Part shown: positions 49,751 through 63,130 of the stretch, one piece after another
Layout: every line of letters begins with the position of its first letter
Position numbering within the stretch: the first letter of the stretch is position 1
From: Octopus bimaculoides
Taxonomy: Eukaryota
NCBI RefSeq assembly: GCF_001194135.2
Contig: NC_068988.1
Coordinates: forward strand, 27,533,317 to 27,597,316
Length of the DNA stretch: 64,000 nt
Direction of reading: 5' to 3'
The notes under the pieces: generated by a model
What the model saw: only the letters and a program-made list of their open reading frames with translations
Databases searched by the model: none
Told to the model about the DNA's origin: nothing
Translations under genes and position numbers: made by a program

Positions 49751-50369
49751 GTAAGCAGGGGAGTCACCACCAGCCTTAAACAGTACTTAGAGTTGTTTTT
49801 TTTTACCTTGGCTGTCTGCAGGCAGGAAAATGGAATTGTCTTCACTGTGCAGCAAAAAAAGAAGAAAAAAAAGAGAAAAAAATAGGTCTCTTACCACACC
49901 ATTATAGAATTCTTCACATACAGGTTGGTCATATAGACAAACCCTCATGTTATGGAGGAGGAGGAGGAGAGAGAGAAAACATTACACAATGTGTATCACT
50001 TCTAAGATAGAAAGAAAGAGAATAAAAACCTTGTAGTCATTTTATTCCAAGTGTTGTAGAAGGGGTTAAGAGAAGAGAAACATTTCTTAGGGTAAATAAA
50101 GTGAAACACTTTTCTTTTTATCTTCTTTTTTTATTCTTAAGCTGTTGTTCTCAGAGAAAAACATTCTTAAAAAACAGGTGTTGAGGCAAAAGTCTTGCAG
50201 AGAACATGTAAGGGCTAAGATACTCAAATAGAAAACAAAATGTTTCACAAACCCAGTGGGGATAGAATAACTATGTTTGTGTTGCTTGGTCTGGTGACAT
50301 GTTCTGTTGTAGAGGACAAAGACGAAAGAAAAAATGGTTTCTGTTATTTATTTTATTTTATTCTGAATA

Positions 50370-50800
50370 GGTGCAGATGTGGCTGTGTGGTTAAGAAGCT
50401 TTGCTTCTCAATGACATGGTTCCAGGTTCGATCCCACTATATGGCACCTTGGGAAAGTCTCTTCTATAGCCTCAGGCAGACCAAAGTGAATTTGTAAGTG
50501 AATTTGGTAGATGGAAACTGTGTGGAAACCTGTTGTGTATGTGTACATACATATACACACATACATATAGACACACACACACAATATGTGTGTGTGTGTG
50601 TGTGTGTGTTTGTGTTTCTTTCACTCCCTCACCACTTGCCAACCAGTGTTGGCTTGTTTAAGTCCCATGACTTTCGGTTTAGCAAAATAAGTACATGGCT
50701 TAAAAATTACTCTTGGGGTTGATTTGTTGGACTAAACACTTCAAGGCCCCAGAATGGTTGCAGTCCAGTGACTGAAACAAGTGAAAGATAAAAGAAATAG
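50370..50800 (+). mobile_element. SINE A
   Basis: Family match. Confidence 0.85.
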
Positions 50801-51342
50801 ATGCATTGTCAGTAAGAGACATATTAAATTTGTTGTACTCCTCCTCTTCCTACTACTACTACTACTACTACTACAACAACAACATATAGCCAGTACACTA
50901 TTACAGCTAAAATTACTAATAATATTATTAGGAAGTCCCAGATATAGTTTAAAATGTAATTATAAATGCATACCGTAGTGAAGTAATAGTACAGCTGAAA
51001 TTAGTAGCAGTTACTACAAGTATAGCACTATAAGAATACACTAAAGAAATTAGTATAGAACTTGTTGTGTAATCATTGGCTCATTGCCATAGTGATGGTG
51101 CTAATGAATCAGAAATATATAGGATTGGCTGTAATCTTCTTCAGCAACGTTTCCTCCCACTTAATATGCTATTAAGCAATATGAATGAAGTTCACTTGTC
51201 ATTCCATTAGATGTATAAGATTTTGTGTAAATTTCACCTGGTTTGTTTGTTTGCAGAGGTAGGTGATAGGTTTCAAAAAATTGATTTTCCAATATTGCTG
51301 TTTAAAACAACAATCTAGCTGATGACATGTTTTTTATGGGAT

Positions 51343-51468
<126 letters not shown>

Positions 51469-51769
51469 GTTTCATGTAGGTGGTGAAATAAGACTGAGTA
51501 ATATTTCACACTGTTATGTACATGGTTCTGTTATTTTGATTTTTGTGGGATGTTTTTGTAGGCTGGTCCAATGTGAGTGGGTAGGTGTATGTAATCATTT
51601 CACATCTAATTTTTCATGTTTGCATGGGTTAGATGTAATATGTTGAAGTAGATTTATGATTTTCACAGAAGATCGGAGGAAACAGACAGACTCGCTAGTA
51701 TGATAATGATTCTCTTTTGCAACCATCTTGTGATGTCATGATAGGGTACACACACGCACACACACACAT

Positions 51770-52002
51770 AAAAAGCCCCCAATACACTCTGTAAAGTGGT
51801 TGGTGTTAGGAAGGGCATCCAGCCGTAAAAATCATGCCACAGCAGACAGTGGGAGTCTGGACTGCTCCCTGCTAGCCAGCTCCATGTCAAACCTTCCAAT
51901 CCATGCCAGCATGGAAAGCGGATGTTAAATGATGATGATAATGATGAACACCTACTCATATATAATATAAATGATACATACATACACACACATACACACA
52001 CA

Positions 52003-52044
<42 letters not shown>

Positions 52045-52250
52045 TGTGTGTGTATACGCATACATATATGTGTGTGTGTGTGTATATATAACAGGTTTCT
52101 TTCAGTTCCTTTCTACCAAATCAATCCACAAGGCATTGGTCGGCCTTGGGCTATAGTAGATGGTACTAACCCAAAGTGGTGTGCTGTGAAATTAGAGCTG
52201 AGACTGCATGGTTGAGAAGCCAGCTTCTCAACCATACAGCCAAGCCTTTC
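51770..52250. mobile_element. Family F (+, 51770-51945) and SINE A head (-, 52080-52250)
   Basis: Family matches. Confidence 0.8.
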
Positions 52251-52410
52251 CTATATTTCATAGAGGTGGTGAAATAAGTCTGATTAATATTTCATTAGAA
52301 CTTCATATGAATAACAGGTCAGTGTTATATATATTTTGTATTTCAAGTATTTGTCATGATTTGCTGTATGAATGAGATCGTTTAAATGTATGTCATTGCT
52401 CAACAGGGTG

Positions 52411-52705
52411 GAGGTGCAATGGCCCAGTGGTTAGGGCAGCGAACTCGCGGTCATAGGATCGCGGTTTCGATTCCCAGACCGGGCGTTGTGAGTGTTTATT
52501 GAGTGAAAACACCTAAAGCTCCACGAGGCTCCGGCAGGGGATGGTGGCGAACCCTGCTGTACTCTTTCACCTCAACTTTCTCTCACTCTTATTTCCTGTT
52601 TCTGTTGTGCCTGTAATTCAAAGGGTCAGCCTTGTCACACTGTGTCACGCTGAATATCCTGGAACCCTCGACGTCGTAAGCGACGGAGTGCCAACAACAA
52701 TAACA
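52411..52705 (+). mobile_element. Young SINE C variant with intact Pol III boxes
   Basis: A box TGGCCCAGTGG (52420-52430), B box GGTTTCGATTCC (52463-52474), CpG-rich, 3' part shared with family C, (CAA)n tail. Confidence 0.9.
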
Positions 52706-53704
52706 TTGCTCAACAACAAACTCAGTTATACAGGGTGGGACAGAGAGGATGGACGTTTTGGAAAAATTCATAAAATCATTAATTTTAGTTGCAAACAAAT
52801 TTTATTGACATCAATGTATTCGTATTAGCATTATGGTGCAGTCTCCTATTCATTAGTGTACCTTGTGTACGAAGTGCATTCACCCAACATAAGACTGTTT
52901 ATGGGTGGGAACAGCCTGATTTTGGTGAATGTTGAAGTGGCGCTGAAACTCACGCTGAACTGCTGCGACAGACTCGTTATTCTTCACAACTGTCAAAAGC
53001 AAACGCACAATGCTCTACTAGCCACATTGTCATGGTTTTACCTAAAAAGAAAAAAAAATGCTAAGACACCATGGATTGAATGGTAATGTCCCTCCCACTA
53101 GGGCTGAGTAATAGCCATTTCAAAAATATCTGTCTTTTCTGCCCCTCCCTGTATAATATGTAGGGTGAGTAGGATTTTTTCATGGTGTGTGTGTGTTTGT
53201 GTGCCGAGTCATTGAAAAGTAGGAAGTATAGATCCTTAGCTCTCACACCCAAATTGTTTTAAAGGAAAATAATTAGTTCCTGTTTCTTTACTTTTGTCTC
53301 ACATCATGACTCTTATATGTTTACAAATTGTGTGTGGTTGTGTGTTTGGTGAGTTCTTACATAAGTATATGAGCATAAAGAGAAACGAGAATTAGTCTGA
53401 GAAACAGGTGAGACCTGTTGGCAATATGCAGGATTGACTTTGCCTTTCATCCTTTTGGGGTTGATAAAATAAGTACCAGTTGAGCACTGGGGTCAATATA
53501 ACCAACTTATCCCCTTCCCTGAAATTGCTGGCCTTGTGCTAAAATTTGAAAGCAATTTTAATATATGCAGTACTCAATGAAGAGATGTGAGTTTCACTCC
53601 CACATGGCCATCACTCACTGGTTTTACATCTGTACATTTTCTGTTTATATTCTATGTAATTTTTTCATAGACCCATTCAAAAATCTAGGCTCTTCTATAA
53701 AACT

Positions 53705-53921
53705 ATCATCATCACCATCATCAGATCCACTTTTCCATGCTTGCATGGGTCATACAGAATTTGTTAAGATAGATTTTCTATGGCCAGATGTCTTTCTTGT
53801 CGCCAAGCTTTACCTGTTTTCAAGTGCAGTAATATTGCTCCCATGGCCTGATATGTTTTCACAGACTATTGGAAATGAATGAAATTCATTTACAACAATC
53901 ACCTGATGTCAAAACAAGGAT

Positions 53922-53962
<41 letters not shown>

Positions 53963-54125
53963 CACAATAGGCTTGTTTCAGTTTCCATCTCCCAAAGCTA
54001 CTCCCAAAACTTTATTCAGACTAGGGTTTTAATAGAAGAAACTTGCCCAGGGTGCCACATAGTGGGACTGAACCTGAAACCATACAGTTGGGAAGCAAAC
54101 TTCTTACCACCCAGCCACACTAAAA
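53705..54125 (-). mobile_element. Family G (53705-53910) and SINE A head (53965-54125)
   Basis: Family matches. Confidence 0.75.
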
Positions 54126-54420
54126 CAACAATGATATTTTTATAGAGAGACAATTACTGTTGGCCAAAATGGTTTTGCATGTTCACAGTATCTGATGGAG
54201 ACAAAGACAATTAGCATCAAAATATAAAAAATGCAGATTCTATCGGAAAATCAAGCTTTGTTTTGTTGTTAATCTTCACAGTGAATCATTCTTTTACTTG
54301 TTTAATGAAGCGAGTCAGATAATGGTGACGAACGCTTTCAAGATTGTTGACAGTGTACTTTCATTTCATTGTTGTATGAATACATGTGTGTGTATGTGTA
54401 TACACACACAATGCATACAC

Positions 54421-54519
<99 letters not shown>

Positions 54520-54580
54520 CATACATACATACATACACACATACACATAAGTATACACACACACACACACACACACACAT
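54421..54580. repeat. Compound (GT)n-(AT)n-(ACAT)n-(AC)n microsatellite
   Basis: Seen directly. Confidence 0.95.
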
Positions 54581-54874
54581 AGGGAGAGATTCTGAAAGGT
54601 GCTTTTTTTGAGTGATCAATGTAACAAAAGAAAATTAAGAAAACCGGAAAAAAAAAAATTCCTAAAAGGTATGACAAGATCGATTTCATGCCTCAAATTA
54701 TTTCTTTGTTTTGGTATTGACTGTATGGATGACAGAAATGATGCTTTGTTGAATGCTTTCATTATTTTCATAGATTATGGGGTTAGTGAGTTAATGCAAA
54801 CAGAAGAGTACAAGACTTCACTGTTTATTATTTTGGCATTTCTTTGTAGTTGTGTTCAGATTCTACAAGGATCT

Positions 54875-55680
54875 GATTAGCTTAATAACTGGCACTGAAT
54901 CAGTTATGATGACAAGGGTTTCGGTTCATTCGATAAATGGAACAGCCTGCTCGTGAAATTAACATGCAAATGGCTGAGCACTCCTCAGACATGCATACCC
55001 TTTATGTAGCTCTCAGAGAGTCTCAGTGTGACATAGAATGTGATATGGCTGGCTCTTTGAAATTCAGGTACAACTCATTCTTGTCAGCTGAGTGGACTGG
55101 AGCAATGTGAAATAAAGTGTCTTCCTCAAGGACACAACATGCCACCGAGAATTGAATTCATGACCTTACAGTCGTGAACAAAATACCCAACCACTAGGCC
55201 ACACTTAAATATACAGAGATAGATATATATATATATAAGATTGGCGTTAGGAAGGGCATCCAGCTGTAGAAACTCTGCCAAATCAGACTGGAGCCTGGTG
55301 TTGCCATCCGGTTTCACCAGTCCTCAGTCAAATCGTCCAACCCATGCTAGCATGGAAAGCGGACGTTAAACGATGATGATGATGAATTGATTAAATGCCC
55401 CTTACTTTCAAAAATGAACTTGTGTCTAAACATCGTTACTTTTGCAAATTTTAAAAAAGAAAAAAATTGGTCAAGCGGTGCAGGTATGGCTTTGTGGTTA
55501 TGATGTCTGCTTTGCAACCATGTGGTTTCAAGTTCAGTCCCACTGCATAGCACCTTAGTAAAAAAATGTCTTCTACTATAGCACAGAGCCAACCAATGCC
55601 TTGTGAGTGAATCTGGTAGATGGAAACCCATCATATGTGTGTGTGTGTGTGTGTCTGTGTTTATGTCTTCCCTACCCCTA
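54875..55680. mobile_element. SINE C (-, 54875-55205), young F tail (+, 55240-55385), SINE A head (+, 55475-55680)
   Basis: Family matches; the F tail is nearly identical to 47095-47244. Confidence 0.85.
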
Positions 55681-55930
55681 GAGGGTAGGGTCATTTTTTT
55701 TTTTACTAAATCCTTCAGGGTAATGACCCAGCATAAAAAATAATCCACTTTTGTTTTGTGACTTCTAAGAGGATAAGTTGTACCTAATCTTTTCAAATAT
55801 CAGTGGGTGAAAACAAATCCTATCTTCTAAGGACCTTCTTTAAATTCAAATCCGAGTTTTAAATTTTACTTGCTATTTTTGAAATACAGAAACTAAATTC
55901 AGTGACACATTATACAGTTCCAGGAGTAAG

Positions 55931-56085
55931 TATCATATTTACTCATGTATAAGTTATACTAATTATACTTGAAGTTGTATTGAAAATCTAGGATGCAACT
56001 TATACAAGGGTCAAACTAAAATGAAGGAAAACAATTTTCTACTAAGATTTAACACTAAATTAGGGGTGATACTTATATACGAATA
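55931..56085. mobile_element. Degenerate pogo/Tc2-like MITE
   Basis: TATCATATTTACTCATGTATAAG ... TAGGGGTGATACTTATATACGAATAG, with an internal repeat of the TAGG..RACTTATAC motif. Confidence 0.5.
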
Positions 56086-56640
56086 GAAATGATACTTTGT
56101 AATTCTTTGCTTAAAAATTTCCTTGACATTTATCTTAACACTTACTGTGCAAGAACTGAATATACTCAGCTCTGTCGTGTGTACTTGAGACACAGGGATT
56201 GACTTAGCTTGTTTTTGGTTGTGAGGTGCTTTCTGGAATCCCCCACATTTCATATCACATACAATGCACATTTTATTTTTACTGGCCAATAGAAAAAGAT
56301 TGCAAGAACTGATTTGTTACATCACCAGCAAAAATTTAACCAGTGCAGTGAGGGTTAAAAGCAGGTGGTAAAATATATTTCTGTCGTGACTAAATAACCC
56401 ATCCTTTTTCAAGCAAATCTTTTTGCCTAGGAAAGAAATCATTGTTTTTTTTTTTCTATAATAGACATCTTAGTGATATAATAAGCAAAGTACAATCTCG
56501 GCTACAAACTATATTTGAAACAACTTTCTTTAGTTTCACATTCATTGAGTCGTCGTAGAATTGCAATGATGTCATTTCTTTTTGTTCAAAAGCACTCGAG
56601 GCGTTTTTGTGTTTTCTGCTAATGATCAAGTGTATTTGTG

Positions 56641-56727
56641 ATGCGACGATTCGTCAAAGTGGTACAAAGGCTGTGGATGTTGTACATCGACAAAGGGAGC
56701 TGTTGTAATGCCTCAGTGAAATGCCAG
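56641..56727 (+). CDS. Candidate ATG-containing exon MRRFVKVVQRLWMLYIDKGSCCNASVKCQ ending in phase 0
   Basis: 29 open codons from ATG to a CAG|GTAACT donor, inside a locally CpG-rich non-repeat stretch. A possible acceptor AG lies at 56629-56630. No homology recognised. Confidence 0.4.
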
Positions 56728-57354
56728 GTAACTTCTGTAGTGTTTCTGTATGTTGCCGAGTTACGAAGCTGCTGTACGAATATCTTGCTTGATTAATGAG
56801 TACAGGTTTAAACTAACACTGACCTAAGGCTGACTCCTGCTCTAAGGCCTCAGAGAAGCTAAAAATAGCTCGACTGCATGTTGAGATGAAGTAATAATCT
56901 TGATTTCTTCGTTACGTCATCTCTCTCTCTCTATTTCTCTCTCTCTCTCTCTGTCGATGTTGATTATAATGTTAACCTTTACAGAATGAATAAATAAATG
57001 AAAAATGATCTCATGAGACATTTTCTACTACTCCCTCCTCTATTCATTTGAATGTTTAATATAAACTGTTGATTCAACATTGAGTTGTATTCACATTTTG
57101 GTGATGAAATTAAATACATGAAAACAAACAAACAAAAAAAGGAAGTATATTCTACAGCTACAGAATTGTTTTGATTTCGTAGAGAAAGTTTTCAGTCCAG
57201 TATATTACTGCCTTCAATGTTGGATGTGAATATTAATTAAGAGGGCTGTATTTTAATTTGTTAATAGTAACAAATATAAAAACTCAAATAAATAGTTATG
57301 AAATGCTGCACACAAATCAATGGGTAGAGAGGAAGAAGCTAAATATGATCTTAG

Positions 57355-57720
57355 GAACGGCTATGTGGTTAAAAAGCTTGCTGCTTCCCGACCATGTGGA
57401 TTTTGGGTTCAGTTTTAATGTGCAGCACCTTGGGTTAGTGTTTCTTACTATAATCCCAAGCCAACCAAAGCTTTGTGAGTGGATTTGGTTGATGGAAACT
57501 GGAGGAAGCTTGTCGTGTGTGCATGGTGTTTGTTCTGTTTGTCTCCCACTTCTGTTTAATTTATGTCCCTGTAATTTAGCAGTTAAGAAAACAAGACCAA
57601 TAGAATAAGTTCCAGACTTACCAAGGAGTCCTGGGATTAATTTGTTTGACTAAACCCTTCCAGATGGTACCTAGCATGGCTGCAGTCCATGACTGAAATG
57701 AGTAAAGAATAAAAGATACA
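57355..57720 (+). mobile_element. SINE A, diverged
   Basis: Family match. Confidence 0.8.
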
Positions 57721-58547
57721 TATTGCAAACTCCTGAAGTTAGAGTGAATTCGAACAATCTAAGGGCGAGAAAAATGGTTGCATGTAAGGAGCACCAAATG
57801 ATGCCTATTTGGGGCAGGAATAGGGAAGGAGAGAGAGTGAGAGAGAGGAAAAAGACAAAGACATGTAAATGATTTAGATCTAAAAAATTGGATAAGCCTG
57901 GATGATCTAATTTATTGAAGATAAAAACGGGTTCTGCAATCGTAGATGATGGTAGCTGTGTTAGAACCAGCCAGTTAAGGAAGACAGTAAAATGTTGTTG
58001 AAATAGTTAGGCATGACTCACAGAGAAATTACCAAAAGAAGGAGAGGCAATATTGTGAACATGTACAAAGCCAGTCAACATTGAAATACTGATGATTCAT
58101 TTGTGATTCAATTTTTTTTTTTTTGTTTTACACTGAACGCTAGATAGGACTTAAAGGAAGGATGCACTCCTTGACGCTGATATTTTATTTTTAAGTGCTT
58201 CTAGGTATTTTTTTCCTTACTCTTTGTTCTTTTGATCTGTTAATTTCTTGTTTGAGAAACTGTTTCACTTGGAATATGATCAAGTATTTGTTTATTTAAC
58301 ATTCGTATGGTTTCTCTAAGAATAAGATCTACACAGTTTGAGCTTTGATGAAATGCCATTTTTATGGCTCTAACGACAATATGAGAAATAAATTGACCTA
58401 CATTTATTTCTATTTCTTCTTAAGTGGGTGAATTGACACAACTGGTGAAGTATTAAACTTTCAATATCTAGTTTCTTTATTCTACATTCTGAGTTGAGCT
58501 CTAATTAGTGTCCTTTGAAAGTTGTCATTCATTTTATTCAGTTTATT

Positions 58548-59378
58548 ATTACCTCTGCTTTAGTGAAGGCAGAGGTATTGTTTTCAGTTGTGTTTGTTTG
58601 TCCGTGGACAAGATATCCCAAGAACCGCTGGATGGATTCAGATGAAACTTTCAGGGATGTTTGGTCTCATGACTGGCATGAACTGATGAGATTTGAGGAT
58701 TGATCTGGTACCAGACTAGGATTCTGGATTATTTGTTATATTTACTTTACATAATTACAATCTTATGTTAACTTTCAAGTCTTTCTCAATTATCTCCCTT
58801 TAGGCTGTTTCTAAAGTTTTTGTTTTCATTTCTCTATTATTAATTTTACTCACATCTCTATCTTAGTAGAAATTGATGGATAAAGAAATCAAGCTACATA
58901 AACAGTAGTAAAACTGTTCAGAAATTAAATAACACTAACATATTTTTATAATATATATTATACATACATATTAACACTTAACAGTATACTTACATATTGG
59001 AATTTATGAGAGGAGAAAGCCAAAAGGTCTCATGCTATCATTTAAAAATTCCTGAGTAGAATTTATCATTACCTCCACTTATGAAACTATTTTGAATGTA
59101 GCTAAAGATAAACTATTTATTACTGTTACTAAATTTTATACAGCCACCTTTACATTCCATGAGTACCATTGGGATTGATTAGGTACCGGACAAGGATTCT
59201 GGATTATTTTTCTAGGTTTTTTACTTAATTTTTGAGAGCAGTCGGGTTCATTTTTAGTATTCTCATTTGTGAGATCAGTCAAGTTTATTTCAAATATTCT
59301 CATTTTAAAAATCATCTCTAGCCAATCATTGAAAGGACATTGGTGTTGCCTTGGCAGAGGTTTGCACTCTCCGAGTGC
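58548..59378 (+). mobile_element. Helentron-associated non-autonomous element (HINE-like)
   Basis: 5' hairpin TACCTCTGCTTT-AGTG-AAGGCAGAGGTA; 3' subterminal GGCAGAGGT (59353-59361) followed by stem-loop GCACTC-TCC-GAGTGC; internal duplicated GGTACC..AGGATTCTGGATTATTT. Confidence 0.75.
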
Positions 59379-59393
59379 TGCTGTTGTTGTTGT

Positions 59394-59425
<32 letters not shown>

Positions 59426-59447
59426 CTACTACTAGTAATGTATAAGG

Positions 59448-59660
59448 TAGCAAGTCGGCAGAATCAGTGTGCCAGGCAAAATGTTTAGTGGCATTTCATG
59501 TCTTTATGTTCTGGGTTCAAACTCCACCAAAGTTGACTTTGCCTCTCATCCTTTCAGGGCTGATGAAATACGTACCAGTCAAGTTCTGGGGTCGATGTAA
59601 TCGACTAGCCCTCTTCCCAAAAAATTTCAGTCCTTGTGCCTATAGTAGAAGGAATTATTA
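59448..59660 (+). mobile_element. SINE B
   Basis: Family match. Confidence 0.85.
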
Positions 59661-60223
59661 TTTCAGTTTATTATTCATTAAAGAAAAAAGGTGATTCAGA
59701 TGAGTAAGTCTGTTGAAAACAAGAATTGGATGTTTTGCAACATCCAGCATTTTGTACCTTGCTGGTGTGAGTTCAAACATTACGAGTCTTTGGTTTACTT
59801 TCCATTGCTTCACATTTTATAAATGCAGGCAATATATATACTCATACCAATTTAACCAATTGTTTCCTTTCCTCAACACATAGAGTCTTAAACTCTTGCC
59901 AAGATTGATTACATTTTACCCCTTACGAGATCAATAAGATAAGCATCAAAGTACTTGAGATCAATACTATTGACTGAAACCTTTGAAGGCTGAAGTCCGG
60001 TATGGCTGCAGTCCAGTGACTGAGATCAATAAAAAAAAAAAAAGATGATAAGAATAAGCTTTCATCATCTCCATATTAATGATGGGTTTCATTCCTTCTG
60101 TTGTATCCTCAGTTGTGCTGTTGCCCCTCTACAATTAAATATCTTCTTCTTAATTGCCAATACTCCCAACAACCAATATAGACTATGCAACAATATACTC
60201 GCATTCAGTTCATTGCGCACACG

Positions 60224-60269
<46 letters not shown>

Positions 60270-60399
60270 CTGGTTGAATAAAGAGCTGAACGAGACACTT
60301 AATAGCTTGTCTAATACAGTGCAGATTTCTTTTTTTTTTTTCTTTTAAGTTGAAATCCCTCCTTCCAAAATGATTGAAATTATTCCAAAATCTATTTCT

Positions 60400-60709
60400 T
60401 TGTCTATCATCATCATCATCGTCATTGTCATCATCATATAACGTCCATTTTATCATGCTGGCATGGTTTGGATATTTGACAGGATTCAGCAAACCACAGA
60501 GCTGCATCAAGCTCCCATGTCAGCTTGGCATGGTTTCTACAACCAGATGCCCTTCCTATATTTATGTATTTCATAAAGCATCTTTTCCTTCATAATAAAT
60601 GTCCTGCATCTCTTACAAAGAAGCACGTTCTTATGTGCAAGTAAATGACTTATCTTCTTGATTAGGCAAATTTGTACGTTTACACAATGCCAGTTTGTTA
60701 AAATCTATC

Positions 60710-60747
<38 letters not shown>

Positions 60748-61420
60748 CAAGCACACCAGACTACATATTCCTCTTCTTCAATTCAAAATACGTAGAGTAA
60801 AATAAAGCATGAATAACATCTTACATATAATTGTTCGTGATAAGATATAAATTTACATCACAGTTAGTTTTCCCTCTCAAATACAGTTTTATTAAAGTGT
60901 TTTGTTGTTCTTTGTAACATAGACAACCAGATCTGCTTAAAACCTTTGGTGCTGATATTATTTTAACTACCATTTGCATGTTTACCCAATTCCTCTTTCA
61001 GATCGTTCCGTCTTTGACTGTTTACTGCTTAGTTCAACTAATCCAAACAAAGAAATAGGCGTGGCTGTGTGGTTAGATAGCTTACATTGCAGCCACATGG
61101 TTTTAGGTTCAGTCCCACTATGCAGTACCTTGGGCCAGTGTATTTTACTACAGCCATGTGTCAACCAATACCTTGTGAGTGAAATTGGTAGATGGAAACT
61201 GTGTGGAAGTCTGTCATGTTTGTATGTGTCTTTGTCTCCCCCGCTACCACTTGACAATCAAAGCTGGTTTGTTTATATCCTTGTAACTTAGTGCTTTGCC
61301 AAAAAAAAATTGTTAGAATAAGTACCAAAATGAAAAATAAGTTTTGAGAGTGATTTTTCTGAATAAACCGAAGACAGTGCCCCCAGAATGGCCACAGACT
61401 GAATCAACTAAAAGACAAAG
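60400..61420. mobile_element. Family F (-, 60400-60555) and SINE A (+, 61058-61420)
   Basis: Family matches. Confidence 0.75.
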
Positions 61421-62169
61421 GATACAATTTTTGCTACAACAACAGTCGATTGTATGCAATCGACTTAAAAGTGCATCTTTAAATTGTTCATACCCTGTTG
61501 CCTTTTTTGTTGAACAACCATTTAAACCAACGAAAGAGCCTCTGTGAAGTTGTATGATCTGTTAGAAATAGCAGCCAAATCTTCAACCCTATTGGGTGGA
61601 AGTTCAAGGAGATTTGGCTGCTTAGAAAAAAAAAAAGAAAAAGGAGACATGAGACAATGTACTCCAGAGCATACAAAAGAAAGAATGATTGATCGTGACT
61701 GGAGAGCTTTTAATCATAGGTCTGATCAATCAGTGATGGCCTAATGCCAACCAACAACAGCAACTGCCGCTACTACTACAATTACTACTACTACTACTGC
61801 TACTACTACTAGTTGATACAAAAGCTACTCGCTAATCTGTTTTGTAACTTGGCTGAATTATTTTTTATTGAAATTTTCTGTGTTGTATATTGAGATTGGT
61901 TGACAACAGCCAGTAAATAAAATGAGTAATTTTGACAGGTTTTTGGTGATAGAAAACATTGGTTTCAGTATTATATCTAATGGATTTTCTGATGTAGGAC
62001 CATATTCTACTAACTACGAGAACACATGATGCTTTTATTACTATTATTATTATTATTATTATTATCATTAAGGCAGTGAGCTGCCAGAATTGTTAGCATG
62101 CCGAGCAAAATGCTTAGTGGCATTTCATCTATCTTCTGATTCTGAGTTCAAATTTCACCAAAGTCAACT

Positions 62170-62545
62170 TTGTCACTTGGAGCCACAAATGCGCCCCCCC
62201 CCCCNNNNNNNNNNNNNNNNNNNNNNNNNNNNNNNNNCGCGGAAAATATTTTTATCTTTCAATATACTACTTATTTTGATATCGGCAAACAATGATTAAA
62301 AAATAAAGGACGTTGTTTTACATATGCGCTTGTATGCAGTCGGGAGTAGAGATGTACAAATTGAAATACAAAAAACGAAATAATGAATTGAAAGTTTGCC
62401 AATTGCGTTTATTTCCACCTCATAACGCTTATGAGATCAACGTGTTGTCTATTGAAAGAGTGCTCTTTGGTACAAGAGAGCCCCTTGAGCTCCAAATGCG
62501 TCCCCCCCCCTTGAGTGCCAAATGGCCCCTGTTGAGAACCTTTGT
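62170..62545. mobile_element. Partial hAT-like non-autonomous element, CpG-rich
   Basis: Ends GGCCCCTGTTGAGAACCTTTG, with a repeated subterminal motif GAGCyMCAAATGCG(C)n on both sides of the gap. Confidence 0.5.
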
Positions 62546-62599
62546 AGATAATGCATGGAGATGTTAGCCTCCAATATCTTGTGCAGAAGTATCATGTTA

Positions 62600-63130
62600 T
62601 AAAATCAAATGAAATACATCGGAAAAGGACAGTTACCAAGTTTTGAAAGTAGTTGAATCTTATTGAAGCTAGTCTTAACCTGTAACAGGAGAAACCATTT
62701 ATGTGCTGTACACAAAGAGGAGCAGGGGTTGAGAAAAGTATTGTATTGTAAGAGGAGAATATTCGTAGCAGAGGAATATAGGGGGGAAAAGTGGTGAGAT
62801 CAGATCTCAAAATGTTGGGCCCTGTGTATAAAATAAGAAGAAGAGATTGAGAGGAACCACAATATGGCAGACATGTCATTTTCATGCCAGAAGGGTAAAA
62901 AGCTTGTTGAAACTGGTGAGGGTGGTAGTGATGATGATGATGATAAAGGTGTTGATGATGAGGACAATGATAATGATGATGCTGCTGACAATGGTGATGA
63001 CAATGATAATGAAGACGACGATGAAGATGATGATGAAAATGGCAATGACAAACAAAGATAATGATGAAGCTGATGTTGGTGGTGAGGAGGAAAGATGTGA
63101 TAGTGATGAGGATGATGATGATGATATTCT
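62600..63130 (+). mobile_element. Degenerate RTE 3' end followed by an expanded, decayed (GAT)n tract
   Basis: EENIRSRG..KVVRSDLKMLG resembles the recalled RTE end EG..GRGRP..EVVKHDL..LG; GAT/GAC-rich tract at 62925-63127. Confidence 0.45.

Noticed and set aside
51135-51155. Minus-strand GAAACGTTG-CTGAAGAAG
   Set aside because: Core halves are adjacent with no room for stem I; likely chance.
52411-52480. tRNA gene
   Set aside because: A and B boxes lead into SINE body sequence with no complete cloverleaf; all tRNA-like heads here are SINEs.
61570-61622. pre-miRNA-like hairpin AGCAGCCAAATC../..GATTTGGCTGCT
   Set aside because: One arm belongs to repeat family H, and the stem is short for a miRNA precursor.
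62864-63061. Acidic ORF MADMSF..DDDD
   Set aside because: A decayed (GAT)n tract following an RTE-like 3' end, with no splice or homology support.
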